Assembly (NCBI GenBank): GCA_965222225.1
Contig: CBDCTK010000002.1
Span: forward strand, 1,920,001 to 1,984,000
From: Candidatus Poribacteria bacterium
GTDB lineage: Bacteria > Poribacteria > WGA-4E > JAJDTR01
Length of the DNA stretch: 64,000 nt
Direction: 5' to 3'
Below, piece after piece: positions 1-9,353 of the stretch. The notes beneath the pieces were generated by a model that saw nothing but the letters and a program-made list of their open reading frames with translations, was not told the DNA's origin and did no database searches. The translations under genes were made by a program, and so were the position numbers. Positions within the stretch are counted from its first letter, which is position 1, and every line of letters begins with the position of its first letter.

Positions 1-2293
1 CCAACCCGCACCACAGCGGTCGCTCCTGCCCGTCCACACGCAGAAAGGCGTACTCCCCCCGAAACTCCAGCTCCGACGTACACATCTCCGCAAACCCGTC
101 ATCCGAAATCAGCACGAAATCGGTGAACTCGCCATGCACCACGCTGAAACCCGTCGCCAACACATCCGCATCCGCTGCGACCTCCATCAAACGAATCTCC
201 GGCGATACCTCGGCACGTGGAGGCAAAGGCAACAGCACGACATTAATGGCGGTCGGGAGCGCCCGCTTCATCAGGTAAGCCAACTCGCACGACGAGGTTT
301 CGCCGCTCCCAAGTGTTACCTCCAGGCCGGCGGCGTCCGTTGGCGCAATCACGAGGTTCCCCGAATCCCGATCAACCGTCCGCACAATCCCGCCTTCCAA
401 GCGCTCCGCACATCCCGGCGTTCCCCCGTCACATCCGTCGTCGGTCACCGTCGCGAGATGAAAGACCTGTTCAAGCCGATGCTCCCCCTCGCCAAGAACC
501 AGATCATGCAGGATGAAATACTCCCCCCGTATATAGAAAATCGACCGTTTATGAACGACGTCGCGGGCCACAGCATCGTCGCCGTCATCCCCGTAACCCT
601 CCTTGTACCAACCCTCCGCAAAATCAAACGACGGTGTGCTGATCCAACGCGAATCCGGATCCGGCACAACCTCCGCTTCACCCATCCGTCCCCGGCGCTG
701 CCCCCTCCCGTCAATAATCAAACTATTGTGAGCGCGGCTGGATCGGAAATAACCCTCCGAGGCGGACTTCCCCATGACAGACCCCTCCGCGGCGCTCCCG
801 ATTCCAGAATCAACAATCAGCCGTCGTCCGTACGCGTACAGCAGAAAACTCAGTTTGTCCCCGTGCGGCTGTCCTCCCTCCCCGAAATGCCCCGCGTCGA
901 AGAGCAGATACTGCGCCTCGGGACGCCAACAATCCCGCATGACGTAGTATCCCGCATACGGAAAAGCGTACGAGGTCTCCTTCGGCGGTTCGCCGCCCCT
1001 CCCCTCCGACGCGATATACCTCAAATCCCCGCGATCGGAAATCTCGATACCGAGAGAGCACGCCTCCGCGGCACTGACCTCCGACGGATCGCAATCACCA
1101 AGCGCCGGCAAAGTGTAATCCGGCTGGCTCAAATAAACGAACGCCTTAAGGATCTTCTCCATCTGCGCCTCAAATTCCGGCGCGAACTGAACCCCGCTGA
1201 GTTTGGCGAGACGATAAAAACGGCAGAGGTGGGTGAACACATCGTGGTGAGAACGGGTTGAGCCGTCGACATGACAGCCGTCCGGGAAAAAGCGCGTATG
1301 AAGAATCCAACTGCAGCGTCTCAGAGCAAGCGTGAGCAGTTGCTCGCGATCTCTCCATTCAGGATAAACCAGCGCCGCAACCCCGATGTCGCTCGTTTCC
1401 CAAACCGCTCGACTGGCACTATTGGAGACACAAGCTCCCGTTTGAGTTGACAGTCGGCGTGCACGCTCCAAGCATGATTTGGCGGAGGCGAAACTGATTA
1501 CGGCAGGCTGCAGTTTTACCGAGCCACTACCCTCCTCCGATACACGGTACAACTCCGAGTCACCTGTACGCCGACGCAGGTACGCCTCGTACGCCGATTT
1601 CCCTCCCTCGACATTCCCGAGGGCAAGCTCGGATTTGACGTCCTCCAAACCCTCCCAATCCAGATCCAGTCGATTAAAAAATTCGGCATCCGTCAGCCGA
1701 AGACGCTCAAAATTTTCCCAGCGCAGATCCCGATTGAAGACGGCATTATACGCCTCGATAGCCTCCTCCAAAATCGGCAGATTGAGCGTAACCGCCATTT
1801 CAAACGCGGCGTCCACGAGTTCGACGAGATAAGATGGAGAAGAGCTTTCCGCCGCTTCCGCAATCCGCGCGAACCCCGCCAACCGCCACGCCGCCGCCTG
1901 CGGCATCAGACGGCATACGCCGCCCGCCAAAGCCAGCGCCGCGCCCCCTTCCAACCTGATGCGTCTCTGCGGCGAGTAGTGATAGGTATAAAGGTATTCG
2001 GAGTGCTCAGCGACAATCCTCGCCAAGACCTCCCAATCATCCCCCGACAGCCGCTCATGCGACGCGATGGCAAATGCCTCGACGAGCCTCGACGCAACCG
2101 ACTCCACCCGCCAGACAGGGTTCCGATCTCCGCTGAAGACGGGCGTAGGGTTTTCGACGGCGAAAGTGCTCAGCTCCTCATAATCCGCGACCGGCTCAAA
2201 CCTATCGATAACCGGCGTTTCACCCTGCCCTAACACCCCCGCCAGCGCACGAATCTGCTCCGATGTAATTGTCGAATAATCCGTAAGTTCCAT
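1..2293 (-). CDS. Heparinase II/III-family (polysaccharide lyase-like) protein, 3' end runs off the window
   Basis: Manual translation of sampled segments from ATG at 2293 (MELTDYST...) found no stops, and the frame is open at the window edge. Motifs FFNRLDLDWEGLEDVK, FFPDGCHVDGSTRSHH and HKRSIFYIRGEYFILHDLVLGEGEHRLEQVFH resemble Hepar_II_III proteins. Absent from the ORF track, presumably because there is no stop in the window. Confidence 0.65.
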   Translation of the reverse strand, partial: MELTDYSTITSEQIRALAGVLGQGETPVIDRFEPVADYEELSTFAVENPTPVFSGDRNPVWRVESVASRLVEAFAIASHERLSGDDWEVLARIVAEHSEYLYTYHYSPQRRIRLEGGAALALAGGVCRLMPQAAAWRLAGFARIAEAAESSSPSYLVELVDAAFEMAVTLNLPILEEAIEAYNAVFNRDLRWENFERLRLTDAEFFNRLDLDWEGLEDVKSELALGNVEGGKSAYEAYLRRRTGDSELYRVSEEGSGSVKLQPAVISFASAKSCLERARRLSTQTGACVSNSASRAVWETSDIGVAALVYPEWRDREQLLTLALRRCSWILHTRFFPDGCHVDGSTRSHHDVFTHLCRFYRLAKLSGVQFAPEFEAQMEKILKAFVYLSQPDYTLPALGDCDPSEVSAAEACSLGIEISDRGDLRYIASEGRGGEPPKETSYAFPYAGYYVMRDCWRPEAQYLLFDAGHFGEGGQPHGDKLSFLLYAYGRRLIVDSGIGSAAEGSVMGKSASEGYFRSSRAHNSLIIDGRGQRRGRMGEAEVVPDPDSRWISTPSFDFAEGWYKEGYGDDGDDAVARDVVHKRSIFYIRGEYFILHDLVLGEGEHRLEQVFHLATVTDDGCDGGTPGCAERLEGGIVRTVDRDSGNLVIAPTDAAGLEVTLGSGETSSCELAYLMKRALPTAINVVLLPLPPRAEVSPEIRLMEVAADADVLATGFSVVHGEFTDFVLISDDGFAEMCTSELEFRGEYAFLRVDGQERPLWCGL

Positions 2294-2374
2294 TCTATAC
2301 AATCAACCGAGTAGTAAGCACACTCCGCTGTGCCGTAACCTACACGATACGTACCGGACTCCCATGTAGGTTGG

Positions 2375-2433
2375 GATCAAGCGACCGAATAGCGAGGAAT
2401 CAAAGGAACGGATAGTGACTGCGATAGAGATCC
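2375..2433 (+). mobile_element. GA-hairpin mini-element, double unit inside a GTAG REP
   Basis: gtaggttggg|atcaagcgaccgaatagcgagg aatcaa-ag-ga-ac-ggata-gt-ga-ct-gcgatag-agatcc|accgcccacc. Confidence 0.8.
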
Positions 2434-2643
2434 ACCGCCCACCAGTTTCTTTTTGCAGGGCGGAATCGGCAATCGTCAAATCGCCGATTTTCTCTCTTAC
2501 CGCCCATCAACCTCTGTAAACCTTAGCATGCAATCCACAATCATCAAATCAAGACAAAAACTTTGTGCTGCTTTTTCAAGCCCCGGAGGGGCGGAAGGTG
2601 TATAGTAACACCGAACCCCCCGTGCACCTAAGCCCCAGCGTGG

Positions 2644-2696
2644 AATCAAGCGACTGAATAGGGAGTGCGATAGCAAATCCCATGCGATAGAGATCC
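2644..2696 (+). mobile_element. GA-hairpin mini-element with extra right end
   Basis: aatcaa-gc-ga-ct-gaata-gg-ga-gt-gcgatag-caaatccc atgcgatag-agatcc. Confidence 0.8.
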
Positions 2697-2927
2697 GCCA
2701 CCCACCAGCCATTCAAGCCGTCAGAGCGGCGACAGGCGCATAGAACACCCAACGAACGTCCTCATCAATTCGTCGATTGCCCCTCATATCCTGCATGTCT
2801 ATAAAATAACGACATGCCCAAATTCCGCGCTCTAGCAGAGCGCAATGTCGATAGCATAAATATGCCCGATGCCCCGCACTCCGGAGGAGTGCAATGTCTT
2901 AAAACCCCGAGCGTGAAATCAAATACA
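2697..2927 (+). repeat. About 230-bp intergenic repeat, second copy at about 8804-9035
   Basis: Near-identical sequence ccaccagcc..caagccgtcagagcggcgac..gcactccggaggagtgc..gtgaaatcaaatacaa at both loci. Confidence 0.85.
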
Positions 2928-2984
2928 ATCAAGCGAGTGGACAATGAGCGATCAAGTGAGCGAATAGCGAATGCGATAGAGATC
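2927..2984 (+). mobile_element. GA-hairpin mini-element, double unit
   Basis: aatcaa-gc-ga-gt-ggaca-at-ga-gc gatcaa-gt-ga-gc-gaata-gc-ga-at-gcgatag-agatc. Confidence 0.8.
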
Positions 2985-3031
2985 TTTTCCCGATCGTTAC
3001 GAAACTTGGTGGGCGGGCATCAAGCGAACGA

Positions 3032-3080
3032 ATAGTCCGTAGGTTGGGTTGGGCACAGCGAAACCCAACCTACGGACTAT
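3032..3080. repeat. GTAG-type REP doublet / long inverted repeat
   Basis: atagtccgtaggttgggtt...aacccaacctacggactat. Confidence 0.8.
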
Positions 3081-3133
3081 TTGTCAACCCAAAGAACTTA
3101 GGCTTACCTCAAAGACTCCCTTCCACCCTTCCC

Positions 3134-3359
3134 ACTCGCGGCCGCTTTTACTGACCACTAGTCACTGTCTTCCCGCGCCGTCCCTCGAAACCTCATAGCC
3201 AACACACCAAAGCAATCGAATTAAACAAAAGCAACGTCGAAATAGCATTAATCTCCGGCGTAATCCCGAACTTCAGTTTCGAATAAATATGCACCGGCAA
3301 CGTAGTATAGCCCACCCCCGCCGTGAAGAACGAGATGACGAAATCATCAATCGACAACG
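3134..3359 (-). pseudogene. Partial duplicate of the potC 3' end and downstream flank
   Basis: Near-identical to about 3457-3687; similarity stops exactly where a mini-element begins (gacaacg|atcaa). Confidence 0.85.
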
Positions 3360-3418
3360 ATCAACCGACCGAATAGCGAGGGATCAAAGGAACGGATAGT
3401 GACTGCGATAGAAATCCC
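3359..3418 (+). mobile_element. GA-hairpin mini-element, double unit
   Basis: gatcaa-cc-ga-cc-gaata-gc-ga-gg gatcaa-ag-ga-ac-ggata-gt-ga-ct-gcgatag-aaatccc. Confidence 0.8.
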
Positions 3419-3490
3419 AGAGAGCACAGCGTAACCCAACTAAACCATCCTTCCTACTCACGGCTGCTTTTACTGACCACTAGCCACTGG

Positions 3491-4261
3491 TCACTGCCTT
3501 TCCGCCGTCCCTCGAAACCTCACAGCCAACACCACCAAAGCAATCGAATTAAACAAAAGCAACGTCGAAATAGCATTAATCTCCGGCGTAATCCCGAACT
3601 TCAATTTCGAGTAAATATGCACCGGCAACGTAGTATAGCCCACCCCCGCCGTGAAGAACGAGATGACGAAATCATCAATCGACAACGTAAACGCCAACAA
3701 AGCCCCGCCGACCACCCCCGGCGCAATCAGCGGCAAAGTGATTGCCCAAAACGTCCTCCACTCGTTGGCGCCCAAGTCCAACGCCGCCTCCTCCATAGAC
3801 CAATCAAACCCCTGCAACCTCGCCCGAACGATGATAGTGACATACGAGATATTGAACGCCACATGCGCAATGATAATCGAGACGATCCCCAGCGGAATGT
3901 GCGCTTGAGCGTAGAACATGAGCAGCGCGATCCCCATGACAATATCCGGAATGATAATCGGCAGAAAAATGACCCGCGTGAAGACACCCCGCAGCGGAAA
4001 TCGGTAACGTTCGATGCCGAGCGCCGCCATGGTACCGATGACCGTTGCGATGATGGTCGAGAACCCCGCCACGATTAAGCTATTCAGACACGCGCGCCAC
4101 AAATCCCGGTTCCCGAGCAGTTTGGCATACCAATCAAGCGTAAACCCCCGCCAAACCGCGGAATGCTCCGAAGCGTTGAACGAAAACACCACCAGCGCGA
4201 TAACCGGCGCATACAGAAATAGCAACACAAAGAACACATTCAGTTGCAATAATCGCTTCAT
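3491..4261 (-). CDS. potC: Spermidine/putrescine ABC transporter permease PotC-like
   Basis: 256 aa membrane protein with FLYAP, GFTLDWY, EEAALDLGA (EAA loop), FTLSIDDF and GITPEINA motifs. Confidence 0.85.
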   Translation of the reverse strand: MKRLLQLNVFFVLLFLYAPVIALVVFSFNASEHSAVWRGFTLDWYAKLLGNRDLWRACLNSLIVAGFSTIIATVIGTMAALGIERYRFPLRGVFTRVIFLPIIIPDIVMGIALLMFYAQAHIPLGIVSIIIAHVAFNISYVTIIVRARLQGFDWSMEEAALDLGANEWRTFWAITLPLIAPGVVGGALLAFTLSIDDFVISFFTAGVGYTTLPVHIYSKLKFGITPEINAISTLLLFNSIALVVLAVRFRGTAERQ

Positions 4262-4376
4262 AACACGCTACACCTAATCCGTAATGCGTGAAACGCAATC
4301 AAGCAACCCTGTAGGGCGCAATCTTCGCTCATCAACTCGCCGATTCCCCCTCTCACCACTGCCCACTAGCCACTGG

Positions 4377-5261
4377 TCACTGACCACTGCTTCTCTCCCC
4401 CTGCAACGACCGAAAATAAATCACCGTCCCAACCAACACCACCCCCATGAGCAGAAACGAAAGCGCCGAACCGAACGGCCAATCCCGCGCCGTCTTGAAC
4501 TGACGCGCAATCACATTGCCGATATAATTCACCTTCCCGCCGCCAAGCAAATCCGGCGTAATGAATGCGCCGACCGCCGGGATGAACACCAGCACCGATC
4601 CGGCGACAACGCCCGGAATGCTCAACGGCAACGTCACATTCAGAAACGCTCGCCACGGTTTCGCGCCCAGATCCTTTGCCGCGTCAATCAGTGCGCCGTC
4701 AATTTGCTCCAGAGACGCATACAGCGGCAAAATCATGAATGGCAGATACCCGTAGATGAGACCGATATGCACCGCAACCGGCGTATAGAGCAATTCCGGC
4801 GGCGTGATGTCGGGGAAGAGTGCAACCAGGAGCTTGTTCAAGACTCCCTCCGCCCGCAAAATCACAATCCACGCATACGTGCGAATCAAGAAATTTGACC
4901 AGAAGGGGAGCACCACAAGCAGCAGCAGGACGTTGCGCCAACGATACTGATACCGCGCAACGTAGTAAGCGAAGGGATAGCCCAGGAACAGGCAGATAAC
5001 CGTTGAAACCGCAGCCGTCAGGATCGAACGCCAAAGGATGCCCAGATAGAGCGAATCCAGCAGCCGACGGTAATTTCCTAGCGTAAGCGTCCAGTCAACG
5101 CCGCCGTATGTGCCGCGCTCGGCAAAACTGTAGATGAAAATCGACGCGATAGGGACGAGAAAAAAGAAGATGAGCCAAAACAGGGCGGGAAAAAGAAGGA
5201 TGAGAACGCGGCTATCGGAATGGTCACGGATGAATCGACTGAATCGATACCATGCTTTCAC
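4377..5261 (-). CDS. potB: Spermidine/putrescine ABC transporter permease PotB-like
   Basis: LPFWSNFLIRTYAW, YLPFMILPLY, DAAKDLGA and RDWPFGSA motifs. Start placed at GTG 5261 because the longer ORF begins inside a mini-element cluster. Confidence 0.85.
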   Translation of the reverse strand: MKAWYRFSRFIRDHSDSRVLILLFPALFWLIFFFLVPIASIFIYSFAERGTYGGVDWTLTLGNYRRLLDSLYLGILWRSILTAAVSTVICLFLGYPFAYYVARYQYRWRNVLLLLVVLPFWSNFLIRTYAWIVILRAEGVLNKLLVALFPDITPPELLYTPVAVHIGLIYGYLPFMILPLYASLEQIDGALIDAAKDLGAKPWRAFLNVTLPLSIPGVVAGSVLVFIPAVGAFITPDLLGGGKVNYIGNVIARQFKTARDWPFGSALSFLLMGVVLVGTVIYFRSLQGERSSGQ

Positions 5262-5264
5262 GGC

Positions 5265-5360
5265 GATCAAGGGAACGGATAGTGACCGATCAACTGAGTG
5301 GTCAACGAAGGCGATAGTAAATCTCAATAGCAAATCCCGTGCGATAGAGATCCTTTATAG
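5265..5360 (+). mobile_element. GA-hairpin mini-element cluster (nested)
   Basis: gatcaa-gg-ga-ac-ggata-gt-ga-cc gatcaa-ct-ga-gt-ggtca-ac-ga-ag-gcgatag followed by stacked right ends. Confidence 0.8.
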
Positions 5361-5446
5361 CCATTACAACTAAGAATTTTACATTTCTGTAGGAGCGATC
5401 CCCGAATCGCGACCTCCCGTCACGACCAAAACTCCCTCTTACAGCC

Positions 5447-5549
5447 CGTAGGTTGGGTTGAACGGAACACCCTGAAAAATCGAGACTATAGAATTACATC
5501 TAGAATATCCGTTTTACTTGATGTCTCGAAAATCCTAGTGAAACCCAAC
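5447..5549 (+). repeat. About 100-bp GTAGGTTGGGTTGA...GAAACCCAAC REP/REPIN-like family (also about 6056-6158, 7016-7116, 14233-14338; inverted about 33040-33134, 56618-56718)
   Basis: Shared ends cgtaggttgggttga / gaaacccaaca with a variable interior. Confidence 0.7.
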
Positions 5550-5579
5550 ACTATCCGCTGCTGCCGCCGTAGAGATCCC

Positions 5580-5660
5580 TCAACCGAATGGATAATGAGC
5601 GATCAACTGAACGCATAGTGAAGGCGATAGAAGATCCTGATAGCGTTCCCATAGAAATCC
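5580..5660 (+). mobile_element. GA-hairpin mini-element cluster (nested)
   Basis: tcaa-cc-ga-at-ggata-at-ga-gc g|atcaa-ct-ga-ac-gcata-gt-ga-ag-gcgatag-aagatcct|gatag-cgttccc|atag-aaatccc. Confidence 0.8.
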
Positions 5661-5773
5661 CCTCCGAATCGCGACCTCCCGTCACGACCGAAACTCCCTC
5701 TTACACTCGGTTTGTCGCAACAACCTTCAACCATCAACTCGCCCATCTCCATTGTTTTGCCAACCCCGCTCCG

Positions 5774-6019
5774 CTATTCGTCAAGAGCGTCGGCGACCTC
5801 CTCCGGCAGCGTCACCGTACTCGGATCAACATCAATCGGGAACTCCGTGCCATAAGCTTTAACCAAGTCGCCGAACGACGTATCATCAACCCGTTCAAGC
5901 TCCTGACCGGCGCGGCTGAGAACGACAACCTGACAGCTATCGCAACTCATCAAGTCCACATCCGATTGCTCAACCGGAAACTGCGTCAAAGGATTATTAC
6001 AATCCGGGCAAGGTAACAT
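5774..6019 (-). CDS. Small hypothetical protein with a putative Zn ribbon
   Basis: 81 aa, CPDC...CDSC, acidic tail, GGAAGGA upstream. Confidence 0.5.
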   Translation of the reverse strand: MLPCPDCNNPLTQFPVEQSDVDLMSCDSCQVVVLSRAGQELERVDDTSFGDLVKAYGTEFPIDVDPSTVTLPEEVADALDE

Positions 6020-6440
6020 ATCACGTATCCTTCCAAAACAATCTATATTTTAGTCCGTAGGTTGGGTTGAACGCAAACCGTCGAAAAAGCCGAAAAATCG
6101 AATTGCATGTGCGCCTCTCATTTTGCTTGGTATCACCACAATTCGAGTGAAACCCAACACATTGTGGGATTTGCAATTTGCCGGGTATTGCGTTTATTTA
6201 TTGATTCCACTCGGCTTGGATATGTCTATCCAAGCCGTATTTGCGCGTGTGCAGTGGCTGGCTCCATTTGACTCACATTTTCCCGGTTTGCAACGTTCGC
6301 GATAAGTGGCAACTTTAGCTAATTATACCATTTCGATTGAATAACAGTGCATATGAAGTTTTAATCATATCATTCTCTTGCCCCGCATCCGTAAGATTTG
6401 ATTAACGCTATTAATGCACTCAAAATATAGAGAAACGGTA

Positions 6441-6890
6441 TTAGTATACCTGCCCCCGTGGAAGTATGCTTAAAATGGTACACATCTGTTTGGTTTTGTC
6501 GACGTGATAAACCATTCTATAATGGCCAATTCTATATCTTTATTCGTTTTCCCTGTTTGTAAGTTTCTTGATATTAGGACCTCGGTATGGGTTATTTTCT
6601 ATATGTGAGACAGCAGTTTTAACTCGAATCTTCATGTTGTTATCCAACTTAAGTTCTGAAATATTCCTCAGCATCTTTGGTAAATCGCGAGTCAAACACC
6701 TTTGAATACGTCCTTGCTAGGGATGCACTCATCGTTTTCCATCTGTTTTCTTGCCCGATTCAAACTCGCAACAATATCAGGGTCATTATATAAATCCGAA
6801 TCTTCATCCACATAACCAGAAGATTGAGCTATGCTTTCAAACAACGGTTTAAGTTGCCTTTTTTCGATCTTTCTTCATTGGTTCACTATA
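6441..6890 (-). pseudogene. Degraded RelBE/ParDE-type toxin-antitoxin pair
   Basis: AT-rich. Manual translation gives an antitoxin-like ...DPDIVASLNRARKQMENDECIPSKDVFKGV* overlapping a RelE-like FTKDAEEYF/KLDNNMKIRV..IENNPYRGPNIKKL..*RYRIGHYRMVYHVD..CTILSILPRGQVY with a frameshift and a stop. Confidence 0.6.
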
Positions 6891-6935
6891 TATGGTGCTT
6901 TGGTATATAAACCCTTATTTTAGTCCGTAGGTTGG

Positions 6936-6972
6936 GATCAACCGACCGGATAGGGAGGGCGATAGAGATCCC
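6936..6972 (+). mobile_element. GA-hairpin mini-element, single unit
   Basis: gatcaa-cc-ga-cc-ggata-gg-ga-gg-gcgatag-agatccc after gtaggttgg. Confidence 0.85.
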
Positions 6973-7196
6973 TTTTTCCCTGAAAACTCGGTTTCTTCCC
7001 TGCAAAATCCAGTCCGTAGGTTGGGTTGAGCGGATATCCAAAAGAAATCGCGTCCAAAAAAAACTTCCGATGTTTCATGCTACCCGAAAACGCCGAAATT
7101 CTAGCGAAACCCAACACTTTACGCCTGTAGGATCTCTCTCCCAACCGCGCCCCTACTGCCGCACAAATCCCATGTTAACAAACCTCCGGGGACACC

Positions 7197-8402
7197 TCAA
7201 TCCGCCGCCGTCGCCACCTGAACCGCCGGCGCATCGACCCAATACTCATCATACCATACGTCATAATCGTCATACAACTCCGTCACCTCCGGCTTGTCCC
7301 CGCAAACCGGACAATTCGCATCCCGGCTGAGTTTCAACTCGCGAAATTGCATGCGCAGCGCATCATACAACACCAGCCGACCAATGAGAGGAATTCCGAT
7401 ACCCACCAATAACTTAATCGCCTCCGTTGCCATCATCACACCCACCACGCCCGGGAGCACGCCCAAGACACCCGCCTCGCTTCAGCTTGGAACCATGCCC
7501 GGAGGAGGAGGCGCCGAGTACAAGCAGCGATAGCATGGCCCCTCGTGAGCCTTGAGCACCGTCACCTGCCCCTCGAACTCCGAGATGCTGCCATGCACCA
7601 CCGTTTTGTTAGTCAATACCGCGGCATCGTTGACAAGATAGCGCGTCGGGAAATTGTCGCAGCCATCAACGATTAAGTCATATCCCTCAAAAATCTCAAG
7701 CGCATTCTCCGACTTCAAGCGCGTCTGATGAGGCACCACCTTGACATCCGGATTCAACGACTTGATTGTCGTTGTCGCCGATTGCACCTTCGGCGTGCCA
7801 ATCGCCTCCGTGCGATGCGCAATCTGTCGTTGCAAATTACTGATTTCGACAAGATCCGAGTCCAGCACACCGAGCGTCCCGACCCCAGCCGCCGCCAAGT
7901 ACACCGCCGCGGGCGACCCCAGTCCACCGGCGCCGAGCAGCAACACCTTCGATTCAAGTAGCTTCGCCTGCCCCGTCTCACCGATTTGACGCAGCATGAA
8001 GTGACGGCTATACCGATCCAACTGCTCGTGCGTCAACGATTTGTCCTGCGTCGTCGGATAGCCCGCCGTCAACCAACCCCTATATCCGCCCGCCATTGAG
8101 ATCGTGTCCGTGTAACCCATATCCTTCAGGGACTTCGCGGCGAGCAGAGAGCGTACTCCGCCTGCGCAATAAAGAATAATCTTCTGATCCGCGTCAGTCA
8201 CATAATCGTCAATCGAAAGCTCAAGCATACCTCGCGTCACATGAACCGCGCCCGGAATATACCCCGCCCGACGCTCATCGTCATCTCGAACATCAAGCAG
8301 CACAAAATCCCCGCCCCGATCCTGCTCGGCTTTCACCTCGCCAACCGACGCCTCCGGAATCTCCCTTCTCACCTCTTCAATAATCTCTGCGGACGACTTC
8401 AT
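7197..8402 (-). CDS. moeB: Rhodanese + ThiF/MoeB adenylyltransferase (MoeB/MoeZ-like) with an in-frame TGA at the conserved Cys (candidate Sec)
   Basis: Rhodanese YCAGGVRS, then RYSRH, GAGGLG, SNLQRQ, DGCDNF, CYRC, PPPPGMVPS-TGA-SEAGVLGVLPG and CPVCG. The two ORF-track pieces are in the same frame. Confidence 0.85.
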
Positions 8403-8498
8403 AAAATTCACCCCCCTCAAAACGTATGGCTCCACCCGAGATCTCGGTTACAAATCCGTCCTCGAACGCCGTTTGACACCGTCTTTCCAACCAAAGCC

Positions 8499-8527
8499 AT
8501 TATATCACACCCCCACAAACCTGTCAA
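8499..8527 (-). promoter_or_regulatory. Consensus sigma70 promoter upstream of moeB
   Basis: TTGACA-17 nt-TATAAT with a TG extended -10 on the minus strand. Confidence 0.7.
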
Positions 8528-8602
8528 AACTAAAATCATCTCCCATAGCTTGTAGGGTGGGCACCGCCCACCATTTCCTGTAGTTTGTAGGGTGCGCACT
8601 GC

Positions 8603-8639
8603 GATTAAGCGAATGAATAATGAGCGCGATAGAAATCCT
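8603..8639 (+). mobile_element. GA-hairpin mini-element interrupting REP GTAGGGTGCGCACTGCGCACC
   Basis: gtagggtgcgcactgcg|attaa-gc-ga-at-gaata-at-ga-gc-gcgatag-aaatcct|accagc; empty REP at 11382-11405. Confidence 0.85.
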
Positions 8640-8664
8640 ACCAGCATCTAAAGCCCCAGAGTGG

Positions 8665-8701
8665 GATCAAGGAAGCGAATAGCGACTGCGATAGGGATCC
8701 C
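8665..8701 (+). mobile_element. GA-hairpin mini-element, single unit
   Basis: gatcaa-gg-aa-gc-gaata-gc-ga-ct-gcgatag-ggatccc within an aagcccc..acagg palindromic repeat. Confidence 0.8.
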
Positions 8702-9034
8702 ACAGGTAGTAGCAGCCAACAATGAAAAAACTTCCGGCAAATGACTAAAAATGGCTGTGCCACCTATTATTCAACCAGGCTTTAAGGAGGGCGATAGAGA
8801 TCCACCGCCCACCAGCCTTTCAAGCCGTCAGAGCGGCGACAGTCGTATAGAACACCCATCGAACGTCCTCATCAATTCGTCGATTGTCCTTCTTATCCTG
8901 CATGTCTATAAAATAACGACATACCCAAATTCCGCGCTCTAGCAGAGCGCAATGTCGATAGCATAAATATGCCCGATGCCCCGCACTCCGGAGGAGTGCA
9001 ATGTCTTAAAACCCCCAGCGTGAAATCAAATACA

Positions 9035-9126
9035 AACAAACGAGCGAATAGCGGTCAACCGACTGATTAGCGAGGGATCAAGGAAATGGATAATGACCGC
9101 GATAGCAAATCCCGATAGAAATCCCG
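9035..9126 (+). mobile_element. GA-hairpin mini-element cluster (three left parts, nested)
   Basis: ...gtcaa-cc-ga-ct-gatta-gc-ga-gg g|atcaa-gg-aa-at-ggata-at-ga-cc-gcgatag-caaatccc|gatag-aaatccc. Confidence 0.75.
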
Positions 9127-9353
9127 CGCGTTGGAGATTATCTCCAGCTTGCGACGAAACCGAGTTTTTTCCTCAAAACTCGGTTTCTGCCGCTCTTCCA
9201 TCCTTCCACTCTCGCCACTAACCACTAGCCACCGCTTTCCCCGTTTTCCCCTTCCCATTTCCTCCCCCGTGTGCTAAGATGAAAACCCATCTTCCAGTAG
9301 CCTGTACAACCCCTTCAGTTCCGTTACCCCCAATGATTAGACGGAGAGAATCA

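Noticed and set aside
134-1261. 375-aa plus-strand ORF and similar long antisense ORFs (25199-26224, 27520-28422, 29366-30628)
   Set aside because: These are shadows of real minus-strand genes, R/P/H-rich and without recognisable motifs.
5262-5333. N-terminal extensions of potB, 20701-24552 and 27427-28512 in the ORF track, and small ORFs reading IAF..RSLD or LSHSLF..LI
   Set aside because: They are translations of mini-element or REP sequence; better starts lie downstream.
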